The notes beneath the pieces are model-generated. The model ran no database searches, was not told the origin of the DNA, and worked only from the letters and a program-made list of their open reading frames with translations. Shown here in pieces: positions 62,901-64,000 of a DNA stretch of 64,000 bases (positions within the stretch are counted from its first letter, which is position 1; each line of letters opens with the position of its first letter). This stretch comes from Macrostomum hystrix (taxonomy: Eukaryota > Animalia > Platyhelminthes), in contig CATNEN010000003.1 of NCBI GenBank assembly GCA_950097015.1, positions 11,594,001 through 11,658,000 of the forward strand, in the 5' to 3' direction. The translations under genes and the position numbers were made by a program.

Positions 62901-64000
62901 GAGATTGTATCAGTTAGAGATTGTATCAGTTAGAGATTGTATCAGTTAGAGATTGGGTCAGTTAGAGATTGTATCAGTTAGAGATTGTATCAGTTAGAGA
63001 TTGTATCAGTTAGAGATTGTATCAGTTAGAGATTGTATCAGTTAGAGATTGGGTCAGTTAGAGATTGTATCAGTTAGAGATTGAGTCAGTTAGAGATTGG
63101 GTCAGTTAGAGATTGGGTCAGTTAGAGATTGGGTCAGTTAGAGATTGAGTCAGTTAGAGATTGTATCAGTTAGAGATTGTATCAGTTAGAGATTGTATCA
63201 GTTAGAGATTGGGTCAGTTAGAGATTGAGTCAGTTAGAGATTGTATCAGTTAGAGATTGTATCAGTTAGAGATTGTATCAGTTAGAGATTGGGTCAGTTA
63301 GAGATTGTATCAGTTAGAGATTGTATCAGTTAGAGATTGTATCAGTTAGAGATTGGGTCAGTTAGAGATTGTATCAGTTAGAGATTGTATCAGTTAGAGA
63401 TTGTATCAGTTAGAGATTGAGTCAGTTAGAGATTGTATCAGTTAGAGATTGGGTCAGTTAGAGATTGTATCAGTTAGAGATTGTATCAGTTAGAGATTGT
63501 ATCAGTTAGAGATTGGGTCAGTTAGAGATTGAGTCAGTTAGAGATTGGGTCAGTTAGAGATTGTATCAGTTAGAGATTGTATCAGTTAGAGATTGTATCA
63601 GTTAGAGATTGGGTCAGTTAGAGATTGTATCAGTTAGAGATTGTATCAGTTAGAGATTGTATCAGTTAGAGATTGGGTCAGTTAGAGATTGTATCAGTTA
63701 GAGATTGTATCAGTTAGAGATTGTATCAGTTAGAGATTGTATCAGTTAGAGATTGGGTCAGTTAGAGGATGGGTCAGTTAGAGATTGTATCAGTTAGAGA
63801 TTGTATCAGTTAGAGATTGGGTCAGTTAGACATTGGGTCAGTTAGAGATTGTATCAGTTAGAGATTGTATCAGTTAGAGATTGGGTCAGTTAGAGATTGG
63901 GTCAGTTAGAGATTGTATCAGTTAGAGATTGGGTCAGTTAGAGATTGGGTCAGTTAGAGATTGTATCAGTTAGTGATTGGGTCAGTTAGAGATTGGGTCA
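53953..64000. repeat. >10 kb 16-bp satellite (gagattgggtcagtta, with ggg/gag/gta core variants) inside an SLC1 intron, running off the window
   Basis: More than 600 tandem units, with higher-order duplications visible. Confidence 0.98.

Overview
Eukaryotic (metazoan) genomic DNA with spliced GT-AG genes, most of whose introns are filled with minisatellites. The gene set, codon style and repeat landscape suggest a flatworm such as Macrostomum (inference). Left to right: (1) the 3' part of a CAMSAP/Patronin gene (coiled coils and CKK domain, +); (2) two tandem PIAS-family SUMO E3 ligase paralogs (PINIT, SP-RING, SIM, +), neither with a recognisable SAP domain, the second apparently carrying an N-terminal double C2H2 zinc-finger exon; (3) a satellite-rich block at 23-36 kb; (4) a minus-strand three-exon gene that I reconstruct as ~18 ankyrin repeats + cGAS-like/Mab-21 nucleotidyltransferase (cGLR) + Cys-rich CaaX tail, ~1290 aa; (5) a broken tandem paralog of that cGLR interrupted by a 2.5 kb (GAAGA)n tract; (6) the 3' half of a divergent SLC1/EAAT-family transporter (-) with a mariner relic and MITEs in one intron and a >10 kb 16-bp satellite in another. 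The best candidate for a novel system is the ankyrin-cGLR receptor. Its ankyrin repeats vary mainly at the binding-surface (DARPin-randomised) positions, and the 5.4 kb satellite just downstream of it is built partly from inverted copies of the ankyrin coding sequence. All gene models were assembled by hand from splice signals and frame continuity, without transcript data.
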